DNA of 63,010 nt, counting the filler, from Collodictyon triciliatum (taxonomy: Eukaryota), in NCBI GenBank assembly GCA_043381765.1. It is 5 parts of 5 records of this genome, joined end to end, with 100 filler letters (N's around TTAATTAATTAA, not from the genome) between each part and the next. Parts side by side here need not be neighbours in the genome. Positions count along the whole stretch, not along the records: positions 46,162 to 63,010 come from JBHJMP010000484.1; 4 more parts are not named here. One strand, written 5' to 3'. A program made the translations under genes and the position numbers. Below, piece after piece: positions 61,896-63,010 of the stretch (its first letter is position 1; each line of letters opens with the position of its first letter). Under the pieces are notes generated by a model, which saw only the letters and a program-made list of their open reading frames with translations, made no database searches and was not told the DNA's origin.

Positions 61896-63010
61896 TTAGA
61901 GTCTCCACACATCAAATAGTCCCATAGTAATGATTCCATATTCATCAAGCTGAATCCTGCTATTCTTCAATATATTCTTTCCATGAAATGGTATACCCGT
62001 TTTTTAGTCCCCAAAGACACCAAATACAGAGAATTTTTTTTTTCCTTTATTCGATTCAAAGTACACCAAATACAGAGAATAAACGCAGAGGCATTAAAAA
62101 TGGAAACGAATGACGCCCTTGCTTCCTTCCATGCGCGCATCATTTCCTCCACCATCAAACTACTGGTCCTTACAGAATCTTCGTAAAGAGTCCCCAATCC
62201 TCCATATCAAGCTGCATAGTCCCTCATTCCTCATACTAATATTTATTTAGCATAGAAAAAAAAATCAACATGAAAATGTAAAGATGCCTCATCAAAAATT
62301 ATGTCGAAAAGAAGATAGCCATGTTTGAGGCTCTGTTGGACTGATTTGTGAATCTCGCTTCTTGAAATATAGAACTAAATCCTCCATTCTTCAAATCAAA
62401 GAGATACTAAAGGTGTGTCACAGGATGGATACCACCAAGAACGCGCCCATGCCCTCGAATTACTCTAAATGCTTTTTACTTTTCGACCATGTGGCTATCC
62501 CCATTGAGCTGAGACTCATGCGAAGTCTTATAAAAATTCACCATGCTACAACCAATAGGCCGTATAAGCACGGTGAATATGACCCCCATAATGACGTTTA
62601 ATCCCTCTGCTATCTTCCTCCAGACATCCGCTTTCTCATTCAAGGCATTGATTCCTCCATCCTCGTCTTTTTCTTTTTTCTTCTTCACGCTAAACAACGC
62701 CGACTATATACACCTTCATCATGTAATCGTATCTCGTCCAACCATGTGAGTCATCAAAGTATTCGAATGTGCTATTGCTCTTTATATGTATTCGAACAAT
62801 CGCCCATTTCAGCGATATTGAATCATGATGCTTTCGTGTTTTGTGCAAGTAAACCAACAAGGTCGGAAGCAAACATCCCTTCTACCTTTCCAAAGTTGGA
62901 TTGGATTTCTTTTCACACATTTTTGTATGACTTGTCTCATAGGCTTTGGATATTATCATTCAAGAGATGCACCATATGATATATTCTATATGATTAGCTT
63001 GTGATAGATA
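61896..63010 (-). CDS. Uncharacterised multi-exon protein, 3' part (continues beyond window)
   Basis: Spliceable exons: DDSHGWTRYDYMMK, ALNEKADVWRKIAEGLNVIMGVIFTVLIRPIGCSM, SNSRAWARSWWYPSCDTPL, SLKHGYLLFDIIFDE, LDMEDWGLFTKIL, LMVEEMMRAWKEARASF and LDEYGIITMGLFDVWRL*. Confidence 0.65.

Overview
AT-rich, intron-dense nuclear DNA from a eukaryotic microbe. It is probably a ciliated protist, since it carries TSNAXIP1-like and FAM166-like genes. The window is a draft scaffold with plain N gaps and four artificial N44-TTAATTAATTAA-N44 linkers. Manual GT/GC-AG splicing supports about 14 protein-coding genes or fragments: a large ARM + RCC1 + DH(RhoGEF) + multi-TM protein, an FG-GAP (integrin-alpha-like) membrane protein, a PQ-loop transporter with a U12-type intron, RPL10A, a TALE homeobox gene, an orphan fragment, PELP1/Rix1, an unknown coiled-coil gene, a TSNAXIP1-like gene, a degenerate ADCY10-like cyclase-STAND-TPR gene, a FAM166-like gene, a 5'-truncated huntingtin orthologue, DPM1 and a 5'-truncated unknown gene. 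There is also a tRNA-Ala(AGC) and many microsatellites. The most unusual items are the membrane-embedded ARM-RCC1-RhoGEF architecture and the catalytically degenerate cyclase-STAND protein, which may be fused to a TSNAXIP1_N module. All family calls come from motif recall, not database searches.
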